A stretch of DNA of 64,000 nt. Source: Candidatus Hermodarchaeota archaeon (lineage in GTDB: Archaea; Asgardarchaeota; Hermodarchaeia; Hermodarchaeales; Hermodarchaeaceae). Numbering within the stretch: position 1 is the stretch's first letter; each line of letters begins with the position of its first letter. The stretch is from positions 1 through 64,000 of the forward strand of contig JAEOTB010000091.1 in assembly GCA_016840065.1 (NCBI GenBank). The letters are read 5' to 3'. A program made the position numbers and the translations under genes. Of this stretch, positions 27,779 through 39,000 are shown one piece after another. Below the pieces are notes generated by a model. That model was given only the letters and a program-made list of their open reading frames with translations, had not been told where the DNA came from and ran no database searches.

Positions 27779-30700
27779 TTAGCGTCTGATTCTTTGTTTA
27801 ATGGAGAAAAGAACGAGAAATACAACAAGAATTCCAAAGGATACTAGCAAAAGAAGGGTATTCATGAATACTGGATTATGAATCAGAAGGAGAACACTTT
27901 GGATTAAGGTGCTATTCTCCAGCACTATCAGTCTCACTTGTGACATGTGCCGCCAATAGAGGCCACCGACCCCATACCAAATTGGATCACTATCATACTC
28001 AAACTCAAGTTCCAAGTCGTTTTGCCCTGCGACCAAAGGCATTGTATAGACCTTAGTGAAGCGGTCAGTACCAACCAGAAGTGTAGTATTTTCTTCACTA
28101 GCTGTATTAACTTGCAATCTGATTTGGACAGTTTGATTATTATCAACACCAATCGACGCCTCCGCGAGATTTATACTAGTATCTCCACCTTGAACCTCTT
28201 TGAAGACACGGAAGATTCCGACTTGACCAGTTGGTAGAGCAATGGAGGAGACGCGAGAGGCATAATATGAAAAGAGTAGCTCAATCATTGCTGAGTAGTT
28301 TAAGGAAGTGTACGAGACTTGCAAAGAATCCAGTTGACCAACAAAATTATCACTTTGGTGTTCGCTATCTCTACCAATTTCCAGATCATAAGGAGAGCTT
28401 CTAATTACTCCACTTACTAATTTAGAAGCCATTGGAGAACCGTCGACAAAGATTTCCATTTTTTCACCGTCATATGTGAAGATGTAATGATGCCAAGAGC
28501 CAAGATAAGGTGCTGCTCTAATCCCCCAAGAAGCTACACCTCCGAGAGAGAAGTAGATCCAGCCAGCATACAAAAAGACCGTATAGGATCCTGTTGACGG
28601 AGCATAGCCCTTGGAGATAATAACTTGATTAGTGACCGGTTCAGCCGTATTGAATAACGCAAAGAAGCTGATAGTGATGTTTTGACTAGGCTGGCTGACG
28701 CCCGGAACCGAGATATACCCTGTTCCATTGAAATGTAGAGAATCGCCGATGAGCCCAGCAACAGGTTCAGCTCCATGATTCTGACCATGATTTTCAAAGC
28801 CGCTTTCATCTAGGACCATCGTTTCATTTACGTCTTCAAAGGGCATGACTAGATTCGGAGTTGTAAGGTTTAAATCGGAAAGCTCCAAGAGGTTTGTTAC
28901 TTTTGGAGTAATATAATCAACATAGGCATATTGTTTGATGTACTTGTTCGCGTATTCGTACCAAGCGGTGCTGCTATCGTCGCTTACGAGAAAGAGAGAA
29001 TTGTTAGGGGCTGCTTGAAGCAGTAATAGGAATTCCTCCTTTGATTCCGGTGGTGGCAGCAGAAATCCTTCGCTAAATAGCGTGGAGTTTACATAGGGCC
29101 TCATGAAGATGTAATTGTTAGCGAAAACGAGGTTCCTCCCCATCATAGCGCTATCGAGTTCTTCATTGATTTCCATAAAACCATGTTCACTATAGAGAAG
29201 GGAGTTTTGCATTGAAAGAGTGTTAAAGAAAGCGCTATTGAACACCAAACCGATTAGTACAAGAATTAAGGCGAATGTCTTCATATCAACAGACTTTGAT
29301 ATTTCATGTAGCCTGGCGAAAGGAGCCTTTAGATTAAATGGAGCATTCTGAAGGAAAAGCAGAGTGAAGGCTAGTGTAAAGAAAAACAGTTGTATTACTA
29401 GAACGCTTGTTGTCCAGAATCTATGTTGTAATGCATATCCTACAAGAACTCCCCCTTCCTCGATGATAATGATTATATTTAGAACTAACAAAACGAACAT
29501 TCCAGTTACTACCTGAAGAAGATTCACTATGCGGGGATTGACTTTGAAGTCTTGAAACACCCTAAAGATGAGTGGAATCCAGAGGGGAATCATCCACAAG
29601 GAGTATCGGTTGATGTCACTGGGAACGACAATGAGGAGGGCATTGAAATAGTATAGATAAAACGAGATTATTACTAGCGTCGCTAGAAGTGTCGTCTTGA
29701 ATTTTTGATGTTTGTACGTTGAAATGATTAGTACCGGCAGGACTAGGATCACTGCAGAGAAAAGCACCCCTAAGGTTTCCGGTGACAAAAGCGTATAGAA
29801 ATATTCCAAATACGCTATGGGCTTTCGAGCGAAACCCATAGCAGTTGCTGAACCCAAGGAATAAGGGAACAGCCAGTTAGCAATCGTTGAAACGGGACTT
29901 ATGAACAAAAACCGTTCAAACAATCCTGCAAGAAGCGGATTTCTGAGAATTCGTTGCGATATCAGAAAGGGTATGTCCAAACACAATTCGTAGAGTAAAA
30001 CAGGCAAAACCGTCGCAATTAATAGAAGTTTGTATTTCAGATTGACTTTGTAAAGTCGATACCGAACCAATACTACGACTAAAATTAACCACATACCAAC
30101 GATAATCAGAATATTGATCTTGACAAGGGCAATTACTATTACACCAAATAGCGCAAAAAACAGGTTCGTTGTGCTAATTGTTACATCTTTGTTTGTTTTC
30201 TGAAAGGCTTCTACGAAGAGAAGCGTCGCGAACACAGCATAAAATACAATCGCTAAATCGTTTAGAGCAGATGCTGAAAAAACGACTAGGAGGGGATTAA
30301 TGAGTACAAGACCAAAAGTGGTTAATCGTAGCCATATATTATCAACCAGAAGAGAAGCCGTGAGAGCAATCATAACTAGGAAGAAAACGCTGACTAATCC
30401 CGCATTCAAAATGTGCAACCCTGTAGAAGCGACAAAGGAAAGAAGGAAATTAATCCAGAAGTATCGTCCTAGAATTAAGGCCATTAATCCACCAGTGTTT
30501 GGCATCACTTGATTCTGTGCAGGAGGTACTCCAATGTCAAGAATGCCTAGCAGGGCGTGTGACAAGTAAGCTGTTTCGTCTGGAGCCAAGAAGCGAGGTA
30601 ATTGGCTGAAATAAAAAAACAAAGGAATGTACAGTAAAAGGGCGAGAGCAACTACCACCAAATCTGTTTGATTAGTTTGAATTCTCCTCTTTCGAATGAT

Positions 30701-31042
30701 GTTGTAGAGTGTTGGCGGCATTACTAGAAGAATAATTACAAGCGAATATGAAAGGGGAATTTGTGCTAGCCCAAGGGCTTGAAAAAATGTAGCTAGAACA
30801 ATCATCAAAACAGTTGAGATAAAGAACCCTAGGATGACCAACTTTAGTAGACCGTCATTAGGTCTTAGCGCTACTAAAAACATCAAACCCGGTATGATGT
30901 ATAGGCAAGGGAATGAAAGAATCGCTCTTAGTATGGGCATTACAGGTAGCAAGGAAAGAGCGAGGTAGATTAACTCAAGGAGTAGTATGAGAAAAAACAG
31001 AGAAGATTTCTTGATGAGCTGAGGCAAGTTGTTGTTTCGCAT
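27779..31042 (-). CDS. Large membrane protein, paralogue 2: DUF1616-like + GT-C-like + LamG + TM anchor
   Basis: Same motifs as paralogue 1 (LAPDETAY, GRYFW, ALNDLA, NNYIFMRP, WYEYAN, WHHYIFTYDGEKMEIFVDG, TDRFT). ATG at 31042 is supported by the same GAGGAGAUAU SD as paralogue 1. Confidence 0.75.
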   Translation of the reverse strand: MRNNNLPQLIKKSSLFFLILLLELIYLALSLLPVMPILRAILSFPCLYIIPGLMFLVALRPNDGLLKLVILGFFISTVLMIVLATFFQALGLAQIPLSYSLVIILLVMPPTLYNIIRKRRIQTNQTDLVVVALALLLYIPLFFYFSQLPRFLAPDETAYLSHALLGILDIGVPPAQNQVMPNTGGLMALILGRYFWINFLLSFVASTGLHILNAGLVSVFFLVMIALTASLLVDNIWLRLTTFGLVLINPLLVVFSASALNDLAIVFYAVFATLLFVEAFQKTNKDVTISTTNLFFALFGVIVIALVKINILIIVGMWLILVVVLVRYRLYKVNLKYKLLLIATVLPVLLYELCLDIPFLISQRILRNPLLAGLFERFLFISPVSTIANWLFPYSLGSATAMGFARKPIAYLEYFYTLLSPETLGVLFSAVILVLPVLIISTYKHQKFKTTLLATLVIISFYLYYFNALLIVVPSDINRYSLWMIPLWIPLIFRVFQDFKVNPRIVNLLQVVTGMFVLLVLNIIIIIEEGGVLVGYALQHRFWTTSVLVIQLFFFTLAFTLLFLQNAPFNLKAPFARLHEISKSVDMKTFALILVLIGLVFNSAFFNTLSMQNSLLYSEHGFMEINEELDSAMMGRNLVFANNYIFMRPYVNSTLFSEGFLLPPPESKEEFLLLLQAAPNNSLFLVSDDSSTAWYEYANKYIKQYAYVDYITPKVTNLLELSDLNLTTPNLVMPFEDVNETMVLDESGFENHGQNHGAEPVAGLIGDSLHFNGTGYISVPGVSQPSQNITISFFALFNTAEPVTNQVIISKGYAPSTGSYTVFLYAGWIYFSLGGVASWGIRAAPYLGSWHHYIFTYDGEKMEIFVDGSPMASKLVSGVIRSSPYDLEIGRDSEHQSDNFVGQLDSLQVSYTSLNYSAMIELLFSYYASRVSSIALPTGQVGIFRVFKEVQGGDTSINLAEASIGVDNNQTVQIRLQVNTASEENTTLLVGTDRFTKVYTMPLVAGQNDLELEFEYDSDPIWYGVGGLYWRHMSQVRLIVLENSTLIQSVLLLIHNPVFMNTLLLLVSFGILVVFLVLFSIKQRIRR

Positions 31043-31077
31043 CAATATCTCCTCATGAACCGTTCTCAAATGAGCCC

Positions 31078-31099
31078 TTTAGCATTTCAGTCTTCATGT
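31078..31099 (-). promoter_or_regulatory. Conserved upstream element of paralogue 2
   Basis: tttagcatttcagtcttcatgt; see 26397-26418. Confidence 0.55.
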
Positions 31100-31193
31100 A
31101 ACACTAGAAATTCTGATGATACTCTTTTCTGCAAAAGGCTTTTGTAACCTGTGTGTAGGCACTTCGTTGTAAACCAATATTAAAAATGGTCTT

Positions 31194-32273
31194 GTGGAAG
31201 AAGAGGCCTCTGAAATGCTCGTTTCGATTGTTGGTACCCGACCGAATTTAATAAAATTGGCCCCGATTGTACGGGCTGCCAGGAAGGATAATCTTGAACA
31301 CCATATTATCCACACAGGACAACATTACGACTATGAACTATCCCAAGTCTTCTTCGAAGAATTAGAACTTCCACCTCCAGACACCTATCTAAAAGTTGGA
31401 TCCGGCTCTGATGGTTACCAGATTGGTGAAACTATCCATCGAGTAACAAAGACGCTTCAGCGGTTGAAGAAGCCAGCGTTTATACTTGTATACGGTGATA
31501 CCAACGCCACAGCTGGAGCAGCGTTAGGCGCGAGGAAATGCGGTTTCAAGGTCGGCCATATCGAATCAGGTATCCGAACTGGAGATTACCTGTTTCCAGA
31601 GGAAATTAACAGGGTCATATCAGAGACCTGCTCTGATGTACTCTTTGCTCCTACAAAAAGCACCTATGAAAACGTTCGGTCGACCGGTCGCGCTGTCTTG
31701 TCGGGAGACTGTATGTTTGATACTTTGCTTTGGGCTGAGCCCCGGCTTGACCAAAAGCTTCTCAGCGAATTCGATCTGACTCCTCGCGAATACTGTCTAG
31801 TAACAATGCACCGAGGGATGAATGTGGACAAGCCGAGTATACTTCGACGAATCCTAAAAGCCCTTGAAGATACTGGCGAACACTTTCTCTTCCCAGTACA
31901 CCCGCGCACCAAAAAAACACTCGAGAAGCTTCAGGTCCCCTCATCTATCCAAGTAACGCCACCTCTTGGATACTTTGCATTTCTCAGCCTTATGAAATAT
32001 TCAAAGAAAGTAATTACCGATTCGGGTGGTGCTCAAAAAGAAGCGTACGCTTTTGGGATACCCTCCGTTATTCTACTTCATGTTCCAGTCTGGCAAGAAC
32101 TAGTTGAAGTTGGCTGGAATCTTCCTGTGAGCAATGAACCGGATAAGATTAGACAAGCAATTTTAGAGTTCTGGCCTCGTGGTAAACGCCCACCTATTTT
32201 CGGCGATGGACGAGCTGGAGACAAGATTTTACAGACACTGCACCAAGAATATGACAAGCTGCTCTCAGGATGA
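31194..32273 (+). CDS. wecB: Non-hydrolysing UDP-N-acetylglucosamine 2-epimerase family (WecB/WbpI-like)
   Basis: GTRPNLIK, HTGQHYD, YGDTN, HIESGIRT, PEEINR, PVHPRT, TDSGGAQKEA, FGDGRA. Confidence 0.9.
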   Translation: MEEEASEMLVSIVGTRPNLIKLAPIVRAARKDNLEHHIIHTGQHYDYELSQVFFEELELPPPDTYLKVGSGSDGYQIGETIHRVTKTLQRLKKPAFILVYGDTNATAGAALGARKCGFKVGHIESGIRTGDYLFPEEINRVISETCSDVLFAPTKSTYENVRSTGRAVLSGDCMFDTLLWAEPRLDQKLLSEFDLTPREYCLVTMHRGMNVDKPSILRRILKALEDTGEHFLFPVHPRTKKTLEKLQVPSSIQVTPPLGYFAFLSLMKYSKKVITDSGGAQKEAYAFGIPSVILLHVPVWQELVEVGWNLPVSNEPDKIRQAILEFWPRGKRPPIFGDGRAGDKILQTLHQEYDKLLSG

Positions 32274-32297
32274 AGAAATCTTAAAGGAGTCAATAAC

Positions 32298-33044
32298 ATG
32301 CAAGAACTCGAGGGAAAAACAGCTTTAGTGACTGGGGCTGGAAGAGCCTTAGGGCGTGAGATTGCGTTATACCTAGCCAGAAGTGGAGCGGATATAGTTG
32401 TAAACTACAACACTTCCTCGGACGGCGCAGGGCAGGTCTGTACTGAAATCTCAGAAATTGGTCGCAAGTCACTGTCAGTAAAAGCTGATGTGAAGAACCC
32501 AGACGCTGTTCGTGAAATGTTTCAAAGAACTAGCTCTGAATTCGGTTCTGTTGACATTCTAGTGAATAATGCAGCTATTAATATCGATTCAACTGTTAGA
32601 GGGATGGATAACGAGACATGGAATGAAGTTCTTACTGTTAATGCGACAGGCACATTCTATTGTACGCGAGAGGCGATCCCCACTATGCGAACTAATGGTT
32701 GGGGGCGCATCATAAATATCAGCTCTGTAGTTGGCTGCACTGGAGTTATAGGAGCAGCGAATTATGCCGCCTCGAAGGCCGCAGTTATAGGTTTCACAAA
32801 ATCTGTCGCACGAGAAGTAGCACGTCACAATATCACAGCAAATGTCGTTGCGCCAGGATATATCGATATTGGCATGCTACAGAAACTGCCCAAGAAGATA
32901 CAAGACAAACTTCTTCAACAAATCCCGTTAGGCCGTTTTGGACACCCGAGGGAATTGGCGGCAGCAGTTGCATTTCTTGCATCGCCGGAAGCAGCATACA
33001 TTACTGGTCAGGTTATCCACGTTAACGGCGGTTTCTATATGTAA
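32298..33044 (+). CDS. Classical SDR, 3-oxoacyl-ACP/acetoacetyl-CoA reductase (FabG/PhaB-like)
   Basis: TGAGRALG, VNNAAI, NYAASKA, IPLGRFG, ITGQVIHVNGG. Confidence 0.88.
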   Translation: MQELEGKTALVTGAGRALGREIALYLARSGADIVVNYNTSSDGAGQVCTEISEIGRKSLSVKADVKNPDAVREMFQRTSSEFGSVDILVNNAAINIDSTVRGMDNETWNEVLTVNATGTFYCTREAIPTMRTNGWGRIINISSVVGCTGVIGAANYAASKAAVIGFTKSVAREVARHNITANVVAPGYIDIGMLQKLPKKIQDKLLQQIPLGRFGHPRELAAAVAFLASPEAAYITGQVIHVNGGFYM

Positions 33045-33110
33045 TACTAGTGCGGTTAGTGAGATAGCTGGGGAACCAGTAGTAAGAACCGAACAGAAAG
33101 TGCATAACCA

Positions 33111-34631
33111 CTAACCAAACATCAGTCTAAGAAGTGGACTGGTATAGCGTGCGATTTTTGCAATTGATTCCTCCGAAAAAAATGCTTGTGCTATCTCAAG
33201 GAAGTCCCTCTTAGTTAGAATATCTAGCCGCGTATACGCAACAAGTGTAACTAAAAGAATTAGAGGAACCCCAAAGAACCACGGTAAGGGAAACAGAAAA
33301 GGTACACCGAATAGCCAGAAGATATGGAACAGGAGAAGAATAACCGTCAACCCTCCAGGAATAGCAATTGTTTTTGCATATTGCCCCCAATCGAGACCAT
33401 ATCTAAGTCTTCTAGCAGATAGGATGATAGGTATTAGCGCCAAGAAGAATCCTGAAGAATATGCGATGGCTGCGCCAGTAGATCCTAAGCCTACGATTAA
33501 AAGAGCATAAAGCACAAACCTGCTGACATTCAAAACTAGACCTAGAATGGTTACATGTATGTATTTACCAGTAGCGTAAATGTAACCTTCATATCCAACA
33601 ACGATTGGATAGACTGTTGTACCCATCATAAGAATGAAGAAGGGAATATTGGCAAGTTCATATGTTGGCCCGAGTAACGAGAAGAGGAGGGGGGAATAAA
33701 GTGCGAATACAAGGGCTACTGGAGTGGTTACAGCAAGTAAGAGCTGTATTGTCCTTGATGCCATACCTTTCTGGCCAGTATCCAAACTACTTAGAACAGG
33801 AAGCATGAGAACCCCCACGCTCAACGGTAAGGAATAGATGATTTGTGCTATCATAAAGGCGATGAAATAGAGGCCTGTTTCTGCACTACCCGTGATGCCG
33901 TAGATACCCAAAACGCCTAGAGATTGGGAAAGAATAGTTAGTGTGTATGGAATCCACGAAGGTGAACCAGACTCGAAAAGTGGTTTGATTTCAGTGCTAT
34001 GGAATTCCATTCTCGTCTTTAGTCTTCTAAACAATCTTATTGTGTGACCTAATAGAACAATGTCCAATGTAATTGAGGCTGCGAAAATTCCATACACAAG
34101 ACCGAGGAATCCCCATCCGAAAGCCATCAGCAAGAACCCAATCCCTAGTTTTGCTATTGCTGACAGGATTTGTGCAGAAGCGGATATTTCTGTTCGTAGT
34201 ATAGAGTTGAAGAGTGATACGAGGAGAACGGGCCAGAAATTAAGGGAGAAGAGCAATGCAACGAAGTACAATTCATAGGGCGCTAAAAAGAATAGAGGCG
34301 TACCAGTAAACGCCATTGAGAGAAAAACAATGGATACTGGGAGATTCAAAAGAAGGAGTATGATAAGGGATGTGTAGAAATATGATGTTAATTTCTGGTC
34401 GTCCTCTTTCCCTCGGCTAATACCGATGAATCTTCGAAGACCAACGGGTATACCGAATGAGAAGAAAGTAACTAACAGGTTCTGTAATGAGATGATAACC
34501 CCTGCGGACCCTATCATTTCGGGGAGAACTAGTCGCGCTGCAATTATCCAATAGACATAACCCAATATGCTTGATAATAAGCCTCCAATGTAAAGCCATA
34601 TACTGCCCTTGACGACTCGCCCGATACTCAA
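33111..34631 (-). CDS. Wzx/MOP-family oligosaccharide flippase
   Basis: VVKGSIWL, FGIPVGLRRFI, TGLYFIA, LLGPTY, LGSTGAAIA; about 14 TM. Confidence 0.82.
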   Translation of the reverse strand: MSIGRVVKGSIWLYIGGLLSSILGYVYWIIAARLVLPEMIGSAGVIISLQNLLVTFFSFGIPVGLRRFIGISRGKEDDQKLTSYFYTSLIILLLLNLPVSIVFLSMAFTGTPLFFLAPYELYFVALLFSLNFWPVLLVSLFNSILRTEISASAQILSAIAKLGIGFLLMAFGWGFLGLVYGIFAASITLDIVLLGHTIRLFRRLKTRMEFHSTEIKPLFESGSPSWIPYTLTILSQSLGVLGIYGITGSAETGLYFIAFMIAQIIYSLPLSVGVLMLPVLSSLDTGQKGMASRTIQLLLAVTTPVALVFALYSPLLFSLLGPTYELANIPFFILMMGTTVYPIVVGYEGYIYATGKYIHVTILGLVLNVSRFVLYALLIVGLGSTGAAIAYSSGFFLALIPIILSARRLRYGLDWGQYAKTIAIPGGLTVILLLFHIFWLFGVPFLFPLPWFFGVPLILLVTLVAYTRLDILTKRDFLEIAQAFFSEESIAKIARYTSPLLRLMFG

Positions 34632-34720
34632 GGTTCTACACCTTCTAACAAATAAGACCCGTTTTCACCATTTATTCGAATTTTGTTTTTTGTATTGATA
34701 TGCACTTTGAAAGGAGAGTG

Positions 34721-35890
34721 TTAATCATTTGTCTGTATAGATTCAAGTTTTTCGTAAAGTTTCATGTGAAGTGCTGCAATGTTTGTCCATGTATATTTTT
34801 GGGCATATCTTTGGGCGTTATTGACGAGTCTTCTTTTTAATTCACTGCTACGGAGTAGTTCAATAAGCGCTTTTAGTAATGTAGTTGGATCATCGCTACC
34901 AAATAACAAGAAGTGCTTCTGAGGATAAACATGAGGCATACCTCTGACGGCGTTTTCAGTTGCAACTACAGGTTTTCCACTCTGGAATGAATAGATAGTC
35001 TTTACGTGAGTACCACCCAAATTCGGTAAGTGTGGGAGAACTATTGTATCTGGCAACGCGAATAAATCGCCAAGTTTTTCGACGAATCCCAATGGTCTAT
35101 ACCAATCGGTTTTAGGAAGAAGCGCTTTGCTCCCCCTGCCAGCAACAACAAAGATTAACCTCCTTCCTGTTGTTTTTTTAAATTCCTTCGAAATGGAATG
35201 GGATATTTTATACAGATACTTAGCAGCCTCAAGATTGGGCTTGAAGTCCATCGTGCCAAAGAATAGGGCTATGAACGCATCTGGCTCTAATCCGTATCTA
35301 TTCCGTAAAGCCGAATTATCAACGTCTTCTTGGATGTCAAGCTCAGGAACTCCATTTGGGATTACTACCATTCTATCGCGTGCAACTGCTCCATGAAGCT
35401 CCTCATACCAATCCTTGTATATTTGCCCAACAGTTATAGAAGCGCGGCAGAGCTTTAATAGAAGTCTTTGGATGAAAAGCTGGAATCTCCCACCAATACT
35501 TTTCCGAGGATCTTCAGTAAACCATCTGTCATGAAAGACTATTATGGACCTCTTACTAACTGGGCGAAGGAGAAGGAGCAGTACTAAGGTTCTTGTGAAG
35601 GGAAATGATACTATTTGAACTACATCGTATTTCTGGCTCAGACCACCCGCGATAAGTTTGACAATCCACCCAAAAAAACGTCGTAGTTTCAGTAGCCTGT
35701 TAGGCATATTGATTACCTGCAGGTTTGGATGTAGGTCCTTCAAGTGATGCCAGAATCCTCCTGACAATTTCACACGAGCACCCAAACCTGCTAACCCATC
35801 TGCAATCTGGATAATCCTTTCAGGTGTCCCTCTTGATCTCAACAAATAACCTGTGTAGAGTATTAGTATTTGCACGTTTGGTAGCTCCAT
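34721..35890 (-). CDS. Glycosyltransferase family 4 (GT-B)
   Basis: GTPER, IPNGV, FFGTMDFKPN, GTHVKTIYSFQSGKPVV. Confidence 0.85.
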   Translation of the reverse strand: MELPNVQILILYTGYLLRSRGTPERIIQIADGLAGLGARVKLSGGFWHHLKDLHPNLQVINMPNRLLKLRRFFGWIVKLIAGGLSQKYDVVQIVSFPFTRTLVLLLLLRPVSKRSIIVFHDRWFTEDPRKSIGGRFQLFIQRLLLKLCRASITVGQIYKDWYEELHGAVARDRMVVIPNGVPELDIQEDVDNSALRNRYGLEPDAFIALFFGTMDFKPNLEAAKYLYKISHSISKEFKKTTGRRLIFVVAGRGSKALLPKTDWYRPLGFVEKLGDLFALPDTIVLPHLPNLGGTHVKTIYSFQSGKPVVATENAVRGMPHVYPQKHFLLFGSDDPTTLLKALIELLRSSELKRRLVNNAQRYAQKYTWTNIAALHMKLYEKLESIQTND

Positions 35891-36028
35891 ATATCACTTT
35901 ATTTTGAATTGTTCCACAGGAATCCTTTCGAGGGTTCACACTTGGCGTTTTCCTGTTTTTCGGTTAGACTATGTAGCCAATACTTGATTTAATAAAACTT
36001 CACGTCAAGCCGATATTCATCAATTCAT

Positions 36029-39000
36029 TTAGTGTGTAGAACGGAACCTGAGTAGTAAGTTTTGGAGCCGCTTTGTTCCCTGATTGGACTTCCACCAATG
36101 GACGAAAAGGAATGTCAAAAGGACCCCTAGAAGCGGTATAGAGAGCATTATGTTTATCGACTCCGTATTTTGAACTAGGAGAAGTTCATTGAATACCAAT
36201 CGATGATTATCTATTATTACTATACGAGCTTGAGATAAGTACGGCCAATATTGACCACTTGCGTTAAATTGAAAATTAAATTCAAGATTGTTTTGTCCTG
36301 GAACAATTGACATCACGTAAACTTTAGTGAAGCGGTCAGTACTGATTAGAATCGTGATATTCTTTGAATTGGAGGCTGAAAGACCCAAATCTATAGTGAC
36401 ACTTCGATCTTCTTGGATACCAATCTGTGAACTGTGAACAGTAATGTTTTCTCCAGCGCTTGACGTGGTATTCCTTAGTTGAAAGAGATTAGCCTGTCCT
36501 TGAGGAAGAGGTATAGTGTGAATTCGTGGCGCGTAATTTGCGGTAGCATCAATAAAGGCTGTTTGGTTCACATAATTTTCCGCGATTAGAAGATTATCAA
36601 TGCATCCATTAAAGAAACAACAATCAGAGGCATCTACTCCGATCTCCAAGTCAAAGGGAGAAACACGGATAGCTCCATTAGCCAATTTAGCAGCCACCAA
36701 GAAACCATCCACATACAACTCCATTTTCTGCCCCGTATATGTAAACAAGAAATGGTGCCAAGAGCTGACATAGGGTTCTATTGGATACAAAATTTCACCA
36801 ACGCCACCTAGAGAGAATCGTATTTGATTATCCCAAACAAAGACCTCATAGGAACCATCTGCTGATGCATTTCCCTTTGCGATAACTGAGCCATTGGTAA
36901 AGAAATCAGTTTCCTCGATTTTAGCGAAGAATCCGATTGTGATTTCATTTTGGATATTAAGACTTTCACTGGCTCTGACAGTCACGTATTGTGTTCGGCC
37001 ATCAAATTCAAGCGCATATCCTTGATATCCCGTAGTGAGTGTGGCTCCGTAATTATCGCCGTTGTTCCCGTACCCACTTGAGTCTGGTACAACTGTTTCA
37101 TTGGCATCGTCGAATGTCATTACCAAGACACGAGTAGACAAACTCGACAGCTTCGAAATGTTAAGTGGACTTGGTGTTAGAATGTCTGCATATGTGAAAG
37201 GCCTGATGTAAGCGTTTGCGTATTCATACCAAGTGGTTTTATCATTATCACTAATGAGAAACAACGTATCAGCAGGAGCAGTTTCAAGTATTTCATCAAG
37301 ATCATTTAGAGTATCAGGAGGAGGAAGCATCAATCCCTTTTGGATAAGGTCACTGCTAATGTAGGGCCTCATATAGATGTAATTATTCGTAAATACGAGG
37401 TTGCTTTTGTCAGAATAGCCATCAAGAGCGCTGCTCATCGTAATAAAGCCGTAATCCTCATATAACGTAGAATACCTGATGTAGACTGAATGGTAGTAGA
37501 TTCCATTCACCAAAATCAAAATAACCATGGCAATAGAGAAGAATTTCTTTGGACTTGTGTGCCATTTCACCGATTTGCCTAAACTTATTCGGAAGCTAGT
37601 ATAGTTCTTCCTTTTAGTATGAACAAGTGAAGCTAGTAATGTCGTTAAGGCAGCTAGCTGAAGCGTGGTTACTATAATTGTCCAGAGCCGGAACTCAAAC
37701 CCAAAATCAATCCATACACCTCCAATGGTGACTATGGTCAAAAAAAGGTTGATTAAGAATAGAAGTAAGGCACCTAAAAATACTGGTAAAAGATTCCTCT
37801 CTAAGGGGTTATTTATTATATTGGACATTATGAGCAGGGTAAGCGGTATCATGAGAGGTACAATCCAGAGTGAAAGCCTACCGACATCAGAAATATAAGA
37901 TGAGCCAAGGGCGTTGAAGTAGAAAAGACCTAATGAAAGTAATATTAACCAAGCAAGCAGGGATTGGTGAAATTCTTTCCGTAAACCTGGTGAGAGAAGG
38001 AGGAGTAGTGGTAGCGCCACAATAACAGCTGACACCAAGAAGTTAGAAGCTTCAGGACTGAGAAGGCAATAGAAGTAATCAAGACTGCTAGTTATCCCAT
38101 GTGAGAATACTGTAACTGCACCAGGATTCCAGGGAGGGGCGAGGAACCAACCGAGAATCTGTTCTACTGGGCTTACAAACAGGAATCCCCCGAAGAGAGA
38201 CCCCAGATATTCATTTTGTAAAAACCAGACAGAGATAACATAGGGAATATCAAGACAGAATTCGTAAAGAAGAACAGGAAGCACTAAAAGAGCAAGCAGG
38301 ATTTTATAGCGTGTTTCAGTTTTATAGAGTCGGTAGCGAAGTAGAATATAAACAGAGAGTACCCACATAACAACGAGAACTAGTATGTTAAGCTTGATCA
38401 AGCTCAATGCAGCAAGACCCATTGCAGAATATACTAGATTTGAAACTGAGATAGATACAGAACCCTCAGTTCTAGCAAATGAGCGCGAAAAGAATAGGAC
38501 TGCAAATACCGCGTAAAATGCAAGGGCAAGATCGTTCAAAGAAAGAGCAGAGAAATAAAACATACGAGGAGTAAGGGTAACAATGACAAAGACTGTAATG
38601 CGCATCCATCTTTCCTTTACGATGAGAGATGAGGTCAATGCAGTCATAATAAGAAAGCTCGCTCCGATAAGGCCAGCTTGGTATCCTGCCACCCCAGTTG
38701 AACAAATAAAAGAACATAGAAGATAAGTCCAGAAATATCTTCCTTGAAGCAGAGCGATCAACTCAGCTCTATCCGGCCTAATACCCACCGGAGAGATTAC
38801 GCCATCAATAATTCCCGACAGCGCAGTTGAAATATAACTCGTCTCATCTGGAGCAAAGAAGCGGGGAAAAATATTGATAAACAAAAGTACGAAGAGATAG
38901 GTTGCAAAAACAAGACAGGTAAATAGGAAACCTGATTTGCTAAGCTTTGGTTCTCTTTTTCTGACTACTGAAATAATTGTAGCAATTAATACAAGACTGA

